A stretch of 62,941 nt of DNA, the filler included, from Chiloscyllium plagiosum (lineage: Eukaryota), in NCBI RefSeq assembly GCF_004010195.1. It is 3 parts of one record of this genome, joined end to end, with 100 filler letters (N's around TTAATTAATTAA, not from the genome) between each part and the next. Parts side by side here need not be neighbours in the genome. Positions count along the whole stretch, not along the records: positions 23,061 to 38,123 come from NC_057717.1; 2 more parts are not named here. One strand, given 5' to 3'. The stretch's first letter is position 1. Each line of letters opens with the position of its first letter. A program made the position numbers and the translations under genes. Below are positions 24,295-36,824 of the stretch, one piece after another. The notes beneath the pieces were generated by a model. It was not told where the DNA came from and ran no database searches. It worked only from the letters and a program-made list of their open reading frames with translations.

Positions 24295-25025
24295 CCCGTG
24301 TCCTCTAGTTTTGAACTCCGTCATCATCGGAAAATGATCTTGGCCAGTCATCCATCAATGCCCCTCATGATTTTATAAACCTCTGGAAGACCACGCCCCA
24401 GGCTGGAACATATAAGCGAAAAATGCCCTGGCAAATCAGTCTCACCTTATTACTCAAGCCTCAACCCCCACCCCAGCCCCAGTAACCTCCTTGTAATTTT
24501 TTTCTGCACCCTTTCAAGTTTCACAACGTCATTCTTGTAGCTGGTAACCAGAATTGTAAGCAGTATTCTAAAGTGGCCTCACCAAGTGGCCTCACTAAAG
24601 TGGCTAAAACATGACATCCCGACTCCAATCATCGGTGTTGTGACTAATGAAGGCCAGCGTGCCGAATGCTTTCTTCACCACTTTGTCTACCTTTTACTTC
24701 GTTTTACCTGCTCTGAAAGTCATTTCCTTAACGGGTGCAAAGGTATTTGATTTCTTTACTGCAATATTTTGCTGCCAAGATGGATCTGTGGACCAGCATG
24801 TAAGGTGTCTCTTTTCCTTTGAATTTCCTAGGTTCGTGCCATTCATTGAGTACTCGCATACCGTGTTACTTCCAAAGTGCATCAGCCCATGTTTTTCATG
24901 ATTAATTACAAGTTCCACTATATGCCCATGTCACAAATCCATCTTCAAGCTCCTGGAACCTAAAACCTTCTTCTTCACTGTTAACTACTTTGTCAATTTT
25001 CATATCATCAGCAGATTTACTCATT
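24295..25025 (-). mobile_element. CR1 LINE fragments
   Basis: VRPL*EYCLQFW-like and KSADDMK-like motifs, CR1 3' region. Confidence 0.75.
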
Positions 25026-25129
25026 ATTTCCCCCACGTTTTACTATATTGTTTATACACAAACGTTTTGTGGCAAGGAGAGAGGTTGGAGAGAAGCGAAG
25101 GCTTCCCTGAAGATTTTATGTGGGTGAGA

Positions 25130-27075
25130 TCTAGGGTAGTTGCATGTTTCTCCTGTCGCAAGAGAGAGCCGTGACACATTTCTGCGCCGACAACATCTGG
25201 GGGAAATACAGCCAACTCCAGCTCCTGGAAAATCGAGGTAGGGAACTGGAGCTGGAGCTGGTTGAACTGTGGATCATCCAGGAGGCTGAGGGGGAAACTG
25301 AGAGGATGTGCCGGGAGGTGGTCACTCCTCAGACACAGAATAGAGACAGCTGGGTTACAGTCATGGGGAGGAAAGTGAACCGATGGACAGAGCAGGGATT
25401 CCATGTGGCAGTTCCCCTCAGCAATAAATATACCGTTTTGGATACTGCTGCTGGGAACAGCCTACCAGTGAAAGGCCATAGTTGTCAGATCTCTGGCAAT
25501 GAACCTGGTATTGTGGCTCAGAAGGGAAGAGGGGAGAAAAGAAAAAGTGGTAGGAGTCTCAACAGTTAGATGGATTGACAGGAGATTTTGTCCAGGAAGG
25601 TACGTTGCCTCCCCAATATCAGCATCGAGGATGCAACCGATCGGGTTTACAGGATTCTGAAGGGAGAGGGGGAGGAGCCAGAAATCGCGGTACATATTGG
25701 CACCAATTATATAGCCAGGAAAAAGATTGAAGATCTCAAGAGTGACTACAGAGACCCACTATGAAAGCTGTAGATCAGGATGGGAGGGGTACTGTGCTCA
25801 GGTCTGCTACCGTTACCAAGAGATTAGATTAGATTAGATTACTTCCAGTGTGGAAACAGGCCCTTCGGCCCAACAAGTCAACACCGACCCGTCGAAGCGT
25901 AACCCACCCAGACCTATTCTCCTACATTTACCCCTTCACCTAACACTACGGGCAATTTAGCATGGTCAATTCACCTAACCTGCACATTTTTTGGATTGTG
26001 GGAGGAAACCGGAGCACCCGGAGGAAACCCACGCAGACACGGGGAAAATGTGCAAACTCCACACAGACAGTGCCTGAGGCAGGAATTGAACCCGGTCTCT
26101 GGCGCTGTGAGGCAGCAGTGCTAACCACTGTGCCACCGTGCCGCCCATTAGTGAGGTGAGGGACAGTCAGGGAGTACAGCTTAACACGTGGCTCGGGGAT
26201 GGCGCAGGATGGAGGGCTTTAGATACTTAGAGCAATGGGATGCATTCTGCGGAAGATGTGACCTGTATACGGAGGACGGGTTGCACCTGAACTGGAGGGG
26301 CACAATGTTCTGAGTGGGAGATTTGCTCATGTGGTTCGGGGTGTTTTAAATTAGTTTGGCAGCGGCGTGGGAATAACAGTTACATATCCGATACGGAGGT
26401 AATTGTAGATGGGGCAGTGACAAGATGGAGTGAATCTATCGGGAATGGGTTTCATATGATGAAACAAAGGAATCGGCTAAAATATGTCTATTTTGACGTA
26501 AGGAATGTCAGAAATAAGGTTGAACTTAGAGCATAGATCAGTTCTTGGGTCTATAATGTTGTGGCCATAAGAGACGTAGGTTTCACAGAGGAAGAAAGGT
26601 TGCGAAATTTTCCAGTGTTTAGAAGGGTTAAAAATAACAGAGTGGATGGAAAAAGAGGAGGGATGTAACATTGCTAATTCGAGAGTGCATCACAGCTGCA
26701 GAAATGCAGGTTGGCAAGGAAGGTTTGTCTACTGAGTCAGTATGGGTGGAAATTAAGAACAGCAAAGCAGCATCCACCTCATTGATAGGTTTTGTTCAGG
26801 GGCCCCAATAGCAGTAGGGAGATCGAAGAACTCGTTGGCCTGTAGATTTCGAAAAAAACACAGATGTAGCAAGATTGTTGTTTGGGTGACTTCAACTTTC
26901 CCAATATTGACTGTAACCTCCTTCGCTCAGACAGCTTGGATGGAACTGTTTTTCTCATGTGGGTTCAGTCGGTTTTCCTTATTCAGCATGTAAGCAGGCC
27001 GACGAGTGGAGAGGCCATTATGGATTTGGTGCTGGACAGTGAGCCAAGACAGGTGCCAGATCTCTCGGTTGGACT
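25130..27075 (+). mobile_element. 5' part of a CR1 LINE: ORF1 (Cys/coiled coil + SGNH esterase) and the start of the ORF2 endonuclease
   Basis: QLQLLENRGRELELEL, VPLSNKYTVLD, VHIGTN and DGLHLNWRG (esterase); GDFNFPNID and DLVL (APE). Confidence 0.85.
25822..26146 (-). mobile_element. Full-length HE1-type V-SINE inside CR1 ORF1
   Basis: Intact A/B boxes, V domain and (TCTAA)n tail; ATTAG on both sides. Confidence 0.95.
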
Positions 27076-27094
27076 GAATCTCATTGGCCTTTGA

Positions 27095-27930
27095 AAATGA
27101 AAGGTGAAAGCAATATTCTCAGTGAAGTGACAGCATTCACATGTTCTGTCTGTGGACAGTTCTTCAGTCAATCATCTGGACTATCAAGAATTAAATGGGT
27201 GGAGAAACTTTGGAAACGTGGTGCCTGTGGAAAGGATTCAATGAATTATTTCTCCTGAAAGGTAATCTTTGCAACAACTCTGGCGAAAAGCTATCCAACT
27301 GTTGTGACGGTAGGAAGAGATTTGCTCAGATATCTAACCTTCTAATACACCAGTGGGCTCACACAGAGGAGAGACCATTTAATTATCTGGAGTGCGGGAA
27401 GTGCTTTCAACGTTCTCAAAACTGATATACCATCACAGTGTTCGCACTGATGAGAAACCATTCAAGTGTGCTCATATTGAAAGTGTGGTCAGACCGTCAT
27501 CAAATATCACTTTACATTTTCAAGCTCACTGCAGAAAGGCCGTTCACCTGCTCTGTGCGTATGAGACACCAGCGAGATCACACAGTTGAAAGACCATTCA
27601 TCTTGTGTGTTTTTTGAAGAATTGATTCCAGCGAGTTCACACTGGAAAGAGGCCTGTCACCTGCTCTGAATGTGGGAAGGATTCTCTCACTTATCAAACT
27701 TGCTGAGACGCCAACGAATTCACATTGGTGAGAGGCCATTTATGTTTTCCGCACTCGGAAAAAGATTCACTTACTTCTCTCCTACTGATATACCAACGGG
27801 TTCATAGTGACAAGAAACCGTTTGAATGCCAGAATGTGGGAAGTGCTCTATAACCTCCCAGTAACTGAAGCCCCATCAACGTGTTCACAACGTGTTCATG
27901 TGCTTTCACTGTGTGACTGGGTTGCAACTG
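27095..27930 (+). pseudogene. Decayed tandem C2H2 zinc-finger gene exon
   Basis: HTEERPFNYLECGKCF, TDEKPFKC, HTGKRPVTCSECGK and HIGERPF linkers, with stops and frameshifts. Confidence 0.85.
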
Positions 27931-28319
27931 TGCATTGGCACAATTTAGCTGTTGTAATTTAGACAACAGTGACTACACTTCAAAAGAAGTTCAGTTGCTG
28001 TGAAGCTTATTCAGATTTTCTGAATGTATGAAAATAAATTTGTAAGTTCCAATCAAGCCTTAACAATGAAGAAAAGGCCCAGGAACAGGGCAGTAAATGG
28101 ACATCTGACAGTCTCCTTTCATGTGTGAAAACTTATGGGGTGTGGGGGTCTGTTAATTGGTGTGATTGATGTCTGAACAATTAAACACCAATCATTTAAA
28201 GACACTGTTCACATCCAATGACGTAATCCTTTGCTGACAGCAGACACACAGTTCAGTTCTGGACGTAATAACAGCAGAATACAATCACATGACATAGCTT
28301 GACTGTGTGTGTCACCATA

Positions 28320-28526
28320 CTTTTACCAGACCACAGAGGCTGCTCTCTTCATTAGAGAAAGAAACGATTGGTGGTGATTTAAACAGACGGCCACCAGACC
28401 TCAGCTGAGGAAAGAGTTTGAGAAGGAAGACGCTTCATGGCGACCTAAACCGAGTGATAGGAATTGAAATGATGCTGTTGGCATCACACTGCTCCGTAAA
28501 ACAACAATACAGCCGACTGAGCTAAA
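28320..28526 (-). mobile_element. Old tRNA-derived SINE
   Basis: Minus strand TTAGCTCAGTCGGCTG A box and TTCAATTCC B-box remnant. Confidence 0.6.
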
Positions 28527-28529
28527 TCG

Positions 28530-30900
28530 ACACCTGTCAGTCGAGTGTTACACGTGTGGATGACTCATTGAATCCCTTGCGACACAGGTGAACGGCCCCT
28601 TCCCATAATGTATTTGGCGGTGTTTCATTTAATCATTGTTTCTCACAAATTTCTTCTCACAGCCAGATAATTTAACGTTTTTCACATTAGTGTGAGCACT
28701 CTCATATCGGCTGAGATTGGAGAACCAGGTGAACCCCTTCACAAGGAACAGGTGAACGGTATCTCCCGTGTGTGAATATGCTGATCGTTACTGAGCAATG
28801 TCTCCTGTCAGTGTAAATCCACTGAGGTTACACGAAGTTGGATGACACAGCAAATGCGTTCAGAAAAACGGAACAGGTAAACAATATCTCTCCAGGAGGT
28901 CTGTGTCAATGAGTTTCCAACTGGTCTGGGTATTTGCAATCCGTCCTACAATTCAGACATTTCTCACATATCTCCGTGAATCCTTGCCCATAACACAACA
29001 TAGGCATCGTTTCTCTGTCTATGGACTTCGTTTAGAATGTTTAGAGCAATACAGTGCAGAACGGGCCCTTCAGCCCTCGATGTTGCGCCGACCGTGAACT
29101 ATTCCAAGCGAATCCTGCTACAATATCCATTCATTATACATGTGCTCACGGAAGGACTGTTAAAATCTCCCAAATGTAGCTGAGTTAGCTACATTGCCAC
29201 TGACATTTGACAAGATCTATCACCCCTCAATTTTTCGCTACGCCCCCTACTAGCTGATGTCATCATATTTGGAAAGCTACTTTCACTATCTACTCTACCT
29301 AATCTTCTGATCATCTTGTATGTCTCTATCAAATCCATTCATATATTTCTTCTTTCCAATGTGAACAGACCGAGGTCTTTCAGCCTTTCCTCACAACACC
29401 TTTCTCCCAGACCAGGCAACGTCCTGGTAAATCTCCTCTGCACCTTTTCCAATGCTTCCACATTCTTCCTGCAAACGGGCGACCAGAACTCCACACAATA
29501 TTCCAAGTGCGGCCGCACTAGCGCTTTGTATAGTTGCAGCATGACATTATGGCTCCGGAACTCAATGCTGTACCAATAAAACCTAACAAACCGTATGCCT
29601 TCTTAACAGGACTACCTATCTGGTGGCAACTTTCAGGGATTTATTTACAGAGTCCAACATCTCTCTGCACATCCACACTACTAAACATCTTTCCATTGAG
29701 CCAGTACTCTGCCTTTCTGTTGTTCTTACCAAGTGAATCACTTCACATTTATTTGCCACCTCTCAGCTTAATTCTGTAGTTTATCTGAGTCCGCCTGCAA
29801 CTTGCAACATTCCTCCACACTTCCCACGACTCTACCAACTTCAGTGTCATCTGCAAACCTACTAACCCATCCACCTATGCCTGCGTCTAATTCATGCATA
29901 AAAATGACAAACATCAGTGGTCCCAAAATAGATACTTACGACACACCACTAGCAACTGGACTCCAGGCTGAATATTTTCCATCAACCACCACACACTGCC
30001 TTCTTGCAGAAAGCCATTTTCTAATCCAAACAGCGAAATCATCCTCAATCCAATGCCATTGCATTTTCTCCAACAGCCTACCATGTGGAACCTTATGAAA
30101 GGCTTTACTGAAGTTCATGTACACCACGTCAACTGCGCAACCCCCATTCACATGCTTGGTCACCAACTCAAAAAACTCAATGAGCTTTGTCAGACATGAT
30201 CTGTCCTTGACGAATCCATGTTGACTGTCAGCAATCAAACTGTTGCTTGCTAGATGATCAAAACTCAAATTTATTGTAACCTTTTCCAAGTTTTTTTCTT
30301 CTTCTAACAGACCTAAGGCTCATTGGTCTACAATTACCACGGTTATCTCTACTGCCCTTCTTAAGGAAGGGCACAACATTTGCAATCCTCCCGTCTTCTG
30401 GTACTAAATTTGGAGACAACGATGACTCAAAAATCAAAGCTTTATAGAGAATCTTCGGATAATTCTCGTTCGGCCTGGGGATCTTTTCTACTTTCACCCC
30501 TTCTAGAATTGATAACACCTCTTCCTTACTAGCCTCAATACTTCCTAGTTGACGATATCTCATATCTCATTCTTCTCCTCTACAATATTCTCCTTTTCCT
30601 GACAAATATTCGTTTAGCACCTCTCCGATCTCCACAGACTCTGCACATAACTTCCCACTTCTTTCAATGACTAGCCCTATTCATACTGTAATCGTCCTTT
30701 TAATCCTCACACGCCTACAGACTAGATAATGTTAAGTAATTGCTGCAGTAAGTTCACTGGGACACGTGTGTTGGCGCTTTACCACTCACACTGGTGTTTG
30801 AAATCTTTCCCCATCAGAAATACTTGATAAACATTTTCACTTCCGGTCCTGATAAATTTAGTGAATCTGTTGGATCATTATCTCATGTTTCATTTGACTC
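28530..30900 (-). pseudogene. Second decayed C2H2 zinc-finger exon (28530-29025 plus its 5' part ~30735-30900), split by a CR1 insertion
   Basis: Minus-strand remnants HIHTGDT/PFTC, HRQIHYGKGPFTC and QLETH; the upstream part GKDFKHQCEW..HQHT continues on the far side of the LINE. Confidence 0.65.
29030..30725 (-). mobile_element. CR1/HER1 LINE, 5'-truncated, relatively well preserved
   Basis: SQHGFVKDRSCLTKLIEFF, VVYMNFSKAFHKVPH and LVRPHLEYCVEFWSP; 3' tail at ~29030. Confidence 0.95.
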
Positions 30901-31899
30901 ACTCATCTTCAATTCTTTTAATCCATTACTCTATGAAATGATTTGCAAATATTGTCGCTGTCCATACAGGGTAAAATCTCAGAACAAATATGTCCAATTT
31001 CAGAAAGACATCTTTCCTCTAGTGCACAGCCACTCGCAAACAAATGGTCGAATCATATTGAAAGACGCAAAAGTCTCTACCAAACAAAATATCCTGAATA
31101 AATCAGGTTGCTGTTCCCAGTATCCACATGACGTTGTCCATCCTGAGGTGCTAACTGATGGACGGCACCATCTGCTTATCCAGAAGGATTTTATACAAAT
31201 GATGATACGCTTTGCTGCTTCTGTCCATAAATGGTGAAGAAAATGAATGATGAAGTTTGTTTACAATCAAAAGTGCTGTTTTGTCCCAGATGTTGACATG
31301 CTTCTTAAGCTGTCAAAGCAGCATTCAAACAGGCAAGTGGAGAGAATTCCGTATCACATCTGACTTATGCCTCGCGAATGGTGGACAGTTAGGATGTGAG
31401 TTGAGCGCTGCAAAATGTTTAGCCTCTGCCCTGATCTTATATCAACTGTATTTGCATAGTTAGTCCTGCGCAGTTTCTAGTCAATTGTACACACCCGGAA
31501 TGCTGCTCGTGTCGGATTTTACAATGATATTGCTGTTGAATGTCAACAAGGGATACATAGATTGTCTCAATTTGGTCCATTTCCTTCCTGGGCAGATCAT
31601 TGCAAAATAGATATGCAGAACCTGAAACAATCCAGCACAGGAACTGGCCAACGATGTTGTGCTGAATATGACGCCAAATTTAACTAATCCCTTCTGCATG
31701 CCCCTTGTCTATTTCCCTCTGTTCTCTGTAACGTCATGTGCTTATCTAAAAAAATCACTTAAAAACCATTATCGTGTCTGCTTCCACAACCACCCCGTTA
31801 ACCTGTTTAATCCTCCTAGCATTCTCTGTGTAAAAACACTTGCCCCTCACACCTTCATAATCTTCTCTCTGAAAAACCGACCCTACGTTTTTCACCTTG

Positions 31900-33520
31900 A
31901 CCACTCCACAGCCTTCCCAATCTGTGTAACCGGCTTCAGTCACTCCTACCTCCCTGTCATTGCATCTTCCTCTAGTCACTCAAAAATTCCCCATCGCTGT
32001 CACCTCCTCCAGTCACTCCAAGCCACTCTATCGTTGTAAACTCCTCCTGTCATTTCAACACTGCGTATTATTGAACCTCCTCCAGGCATGCTATTTTCAA
32101 AGGGATTTTATTGGGCAGTGGGATAGGCACGTGGAATTAAATGGCATATACCTGCATCTCCATGAAACACTCTCTGTCTCCATGAATTCATTCAGTCCGT
32201 AGGGCCCTCCCTATCTATTTCACCTCTGCAACCTCCTCACAATGATCTTTCTCAGACGGCAGAATACTACTTATCTGTCCTCGAGTATCTACACTCTCCC
32301 AATCTGCTTTCTCCTCAGCATAAAACCCTCCCAATCTGTCGAACTTTAGTTAGTTGCTGGAAAGCTCCCTAACTCTGTTACACCATATTCTACAGCGTCC
32401 CTACCTTTTGTGTTCCTCTAATCACTACACCCGCCCTTATTCCACACAGTGGCAAATGTTCCTAAACTGCAACCTTTTCTTGTTCCTACAAACTCCCTCT
32501 TTGAATTTAGTTTTAGTTTATCAGACCTTTCTGTTGCTGCAACCTGCGCCAGCCTCCATAGCTGTCTTTACATCTGTTATCTTCTCCATTCTTTGCAACA
32601 CTCTCTGTGTCAGTACCTACCTCCAATTACGAAATCGTTCCCCACCTGTCAGGCTTATTGCAGTCCCTGCAGACTCTGTGGTCCACTCTCTCTCTTTAAC
32701 CTCCCTCAGGTGTGGTAAGTATTCCGAGAATCTGTAAACTTGCCTAGCTACAACAAAAACGCCACAATTTGTTTTTCCTCCACTGTCTACATCCTTACCA
32801 GTACCTCAAAATCTCTATCACTTAGTAACTCTGTAACTTTCCCTCTGTATTCCCTGTTCCGATCTGTAAAATCTCCCCCTCTCTCTTCCTGCTCCAATCA
32901 CTCCTAACCTCCCTCTCTGAATAAATCCCTTCAGTTCCTCCATCACTACTTAACTATCACAGCCAATTGCAGCAATTTTCCCCTCCCTAAATTCTTAAGG
33001 ATTGAAGTGGCTGGACGTGTTCAAATGAGAGCAAATAGTTCAGGGACTTATCACCATCCTGGTCTGTGTTACCACTTCACCCCCTTACAACAACTCTAAT
33101 TTTATAATCTCAACCAGTCTTGACAATGCTCTCTTACTCTGTAACATTTCCTGTACTGAGGGCCCTTGAATACCTGTAGCTTCTACAGTACTCCCTAAAT
33201 CTTTACTCTCTCCAGTCACTACAAGTCACTTAACACTCACATCCACAAGATTCCAGAAACCCAAAACTCTCTGACTGTCATTCACGCCTTTGTTCAGGTA
33301 TTCATATTTATCTAACCATCTTACTACAAGGTCTTTAGACCTCGCAGAGTCTAACTCGAGTAACCACTTCCAACACGAACAAGCTCTCGTCTGTTTCCCT
33401 TCCCTCTTCAGTTCCACCAGCTCTGCCTGCATCTTTCTGTAACTTGCTTCAGGCCCTGCAGCTCTCCCTATCCGTGCATATACATCGTTCCATCCACCGG
33501 AGCGCACTTACTAGAACATT
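31900..33520 (-). repeat. Highly degenerate pyrimidine-rich satellite-like tract (CTCCCTATCTCTGTAACCTCCTCCAG-type units)
   Basis: Recurrent CTGTAAC / CTCCTCCAG / CCCTCCC motifs; complement of the GA-rich tracts at 46.6-47.5, 48.7-49.9, 54.1-54.9 and 58.8-60.0 kb. Confidence 0.65.
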
Positions 33521-33549
33521 CTCTGTGACTTCTGATTGGCCAAGGAATG

Positions 33550-34040
33550 GGCTGTTACAACTTTCAGCTGAGGCTTGAGGTCTACCATTACCTGGGAGCT
33601 AAGGAGCGTGGCGCAATCCCAAAGGCAGGGAACTTGACAGCGAACAGTACTGAATAGAAGAACATAAATCAGCAGAAGGATCCAGCGTGAACTGAAACTT
33701 TTTGGAGAAGCAGCAGAACAGGAGGCGCTAAATCAGTGCCCAGTCACAGAGGGAGTGTCCGTGTAAGGGAGCAACTTGAACAAAGGTTTGACACGAACTC
33801 AGGCCTGGGAGATATAGCAGCAGCAAAGTAGGCGGATCTAAATCAGCACGGAGGGTTGAAGCCTCATCATACCTGGGAGTCAATGAGACGGTAGTCATGT
33901 GTGAGAGCAGGGTGGAGTGCGAGCTTGAGGATTACACGTACTTGGGAACCACCGAGACACTGACCCTGTGAGAGAGCAGGGTGGAGTGGGAGTTCAAATA
34001 TTACATAAACATGGGAGTCGCAGAGTTACGTTACTGCTTT
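33550..34040 (+). mobile_element. Probable CR1 5' UTR with internal subrepeats, cut off by the ERV LTR
   Basis: TAAATCAG(C/T) subrepeats; reverse-complement match to 46210-46570, which precedes a CR1 ORF1. Confidence 0.55.
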
Positions 34041-34059
34041 TGAGACATGCCTGCACTAA

Positions 34060-34585
34060 TGTTGAGGGAAACATGAGTGGCATTACAGAAAAAACTGCAA
34101 ACTCATTTTTGGATATCCTCTTTTTAGTAGCTGTCTCGAAATTGCTATATGTTGGCTAACTTATTCTTTTTCTTTTCTCTGAAAGTCGCGTTTCTTTCAG
34201 AAATATCAGGAACAAGTGAAAGTACGAGCCAACATAACAAAGTAAATTCAGTATACTACAGTTGGATAAGGGAATCAGTCTTCAAATTAATTGTAAAATC
34301 ATGAGTAAAGAAGCACTTTGCCCAGTCACTTGCCTCAGTCACGTAGTGTCTGGGCATTACTGTTAGTAACTGATAAGCAAGTGTTAGTGTTACAACAGAT
34401 TCTCGTAAAAAAAGGGCTGGGAAAGAGTTTCACGAAAATGTGTTCGTACAGCTTCAAGGTCAACCACCCCACCGAGCGTGGGACGTACAAGCTTAACAAA
34501 CAGGTACTAATATGAGATTTAAAATTGTTTCCAGGCTTTTAACATGTGACAAGATGATTGCTTTGGTTATAACAACTCTCCCACA
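34060..34585 (-). mobile_element. Probable 3' LTR of the endogenous retrovirus
   Basis: On the minus strand, polypurine tract AAAAAAGGAAGGA (34600-34588) + CC, then TGTGGGAG; candidate end CCCTCAACA at 34060 (less certain). Confidence 0.6.
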
Positions 34586-34650
34586 GGTCCTTCCTTTTTT
34601 GACCAAATCAGGAGGGCAGTTCAGAAGAATCGGCAAAATGAGGGACATAG

Positions 34651-35328
34651 GCAAAAGTGAATATTGCAGATGCTGGAGATTAGACTCAAGAGTGTGGTGC
34701 TGGCAAAGGACAATAGGTCAGGCAGCATTTGAGGATGAGGCAAATCGACGTTGCGAGCAAAAGCCCTGCATCATGAATGATGCTGGGAGTCCAGGAGGTG
34801 GAAAGATAAATGGGAGAGGGTGGGGCTGGGGAAAGGTAGATGAGAGTGCAATAGGTGGATGGAGGTGAGGGAAAAGGTGATAGGTCAGATGTGCGGATGG
34901 CACAGATAGATGGGAAGGAAGATGGACAGATGGGACAGGTCATGAGGACGGTGTTGGTCTGGAAGTTTGGGACTGGGATAAGTTGGCAGGAAGGAAATGA
35001 GAAAACTGAAATCCACATTGATGCCATGCGGTTAGAGGGTCTGGAGGCGTGAGATCAGGCGTTCTTCTTCCAGGCATCAGGTGGGAAGTGTGTGGTGATG
35101 GAGGAGGCGCAGGACGTGTATGACCGCAGCAAATGGAAGGGGGAGTTGAAGTGTTTGAGCCAAGAGCAGTGGTGTTGATTGCTGTGGATGTCTCGGATAT
35201 GTTCTCTGAAGTGCTCTGCGAGCATGCATCCTGTCTTCCCAGTGTAGAGGAGACTACATCAGGAGCAATAGATCCAGTCAATGTGTGGACGTGCAGGTGA
35301 AACTTTGATGGATGTGGAAGGCTCAGTT
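34651..35328 (-). mobile_element. Penelope-like element 3' part (GIY-YIG endonuclease + pLTR) inserted in the ERV 3' UTR
   Basis: FHIHQSFTCTST..IYCS*CSLLYTGKTGCMLAEHFREH..HFNSP; degenerate hammerhead motif at ~34743-34776; ACATAG on both sides. Confidence 0.85.
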
Positions 35329-35504
35329 AGAACATAGCCAGATTCGAGTGGGGAGCGTTGTTGAGTGGTGGAGGTCAGAATCGTCCGGGTAACTATCAGG
35401 GTGAGGGTTGCAAAGCTCAAGAGACTCGGAGTCAATGAAATCATCCGCTGGTGGGGGGACCTCAGAAGCAGCAATCCGTACACGCTGAGACGAAACAGGG
35501 GCAT

Positions 35505-36790
35505 TCGACATCAGGAGGGAGCCGAAAAAGTCACAGCGTTAATGATAAGAGAGAGCAAAACTGAAACAACAACGAGAAGCACAAGGCCCGGAAAGATTGG
35601 AAAAGCCGAAGCACTAAGCAAACTACCCATTCAAGTCCGGAGATTCCCACGGGGGGTGTCATGTAGAGACGAGACCACCTTACATATGTGTGCGGCACTG
35701 TTTGTCATGTTCTCACTGGAGTCATGGATGTAGGTACAGCAGTGAGAGCCGATAAGGTCACAAGTACCTCCTATCTCAGCCAAGTGGTAGTCCAGAGCCA
35801 TGCTATTTTGGAGAGCAAAGGTCTGGACAACGACCATCGCTGCATTGAATAGGTCAAAGGCAGAAGACGTCACATTGACAAACCCTTCCAGAGTGATTAC
35901 AATATGGCAAAACTCAACCTCAACTCGGAGGGTAGCTTTGGGAGGGGGAATGATAGTTAAACGGTGCTTAAATGTAGTGAGGGCCGTAAAACGAGGTTTC
36001 GATGTCTCAAAAGGTGAAGTGTGGGAGTGGTAAGGGAAGGGGACAACATAATCTAAATAACAGCGGCAAATCCAGGTGACAGGCAACCATAAGTAGGACT
36101 TTTGGCCATAAATGAAGTAATGTCGTGGAAGGCCAATAAATAGTTGTGGTGTTCCCAGTCCAAAGATGGTAAAAGAGGAATTTACGGTGGTCTTGTTGGG
36201 AATGTTGAGATGAAGTATGCTTCCATCCGCAGTGGACTGGTAAGCAGATGAAGAAAGGAGAATATATTGAAGGCACTTACTGAAACGAGTTTTCAATCCT
36301 GAAAGATGTTTGCTTTTAATCCAAATACTTCCTAGGGATATAGCCGTGGCCGTGAGAGTGGTGAGGAACAGGGAGGGGGTGTTTGTGAGAAATCACACTG
36401 ATAGCCAACAGAGGCGAGTGTAACACCCATAAGAGTTTGTGGTGCTTACCACGTAAAGGAAACGAGGGAGATACAAGAAGTTGTAACAGCAGTAGAACGA
36501 CCCTGATGCACCCACCATTCAGCAGTGTCAGACTCATTAAAGGCATAGGTCTCAGAGTAATTCCTCCATTGGATTAAATGGGAATATGGCCACAAACACA
36601 GTAGCTCGAGCGATTGACCTTTTCTGCATAAAGGTATGTCATAAAAAGAAAACTTTTGAAATGTTTCAGGGAATTAAGCTCTCCAAAGGGGCCCGGTGAA
36701 AATATTCAGTGAAAGAAAGATAAGAAAGAGTGCAGTGAAAAACAGAGGCATCAGGCTGAGCCATGAAGATATGTCCCTGACACAGTCTTC
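35505..36790 (-). pseudogene. env: ERV env (gamma-type SU-TM), disrupted
   Basis: Signal-like WLSLMPLFFTALFLIFL; NRSSYCVCGHIP (decayed CxxC); YFIYGQKSYLWLPVTWICRCYL; ISD ALQNSMALDYHLAEIGGTC; CX6CC (C-DLIGSH-CC); in-frame TM anchor PGLVLLVVVSVLLSLII after the stop at 35631-35633. Confidence 0.92.
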
Positions 36791-36824
36791 TGGTGTTCCT
36801 CCAGTGGTTGGTGCTCTTTGTCCT

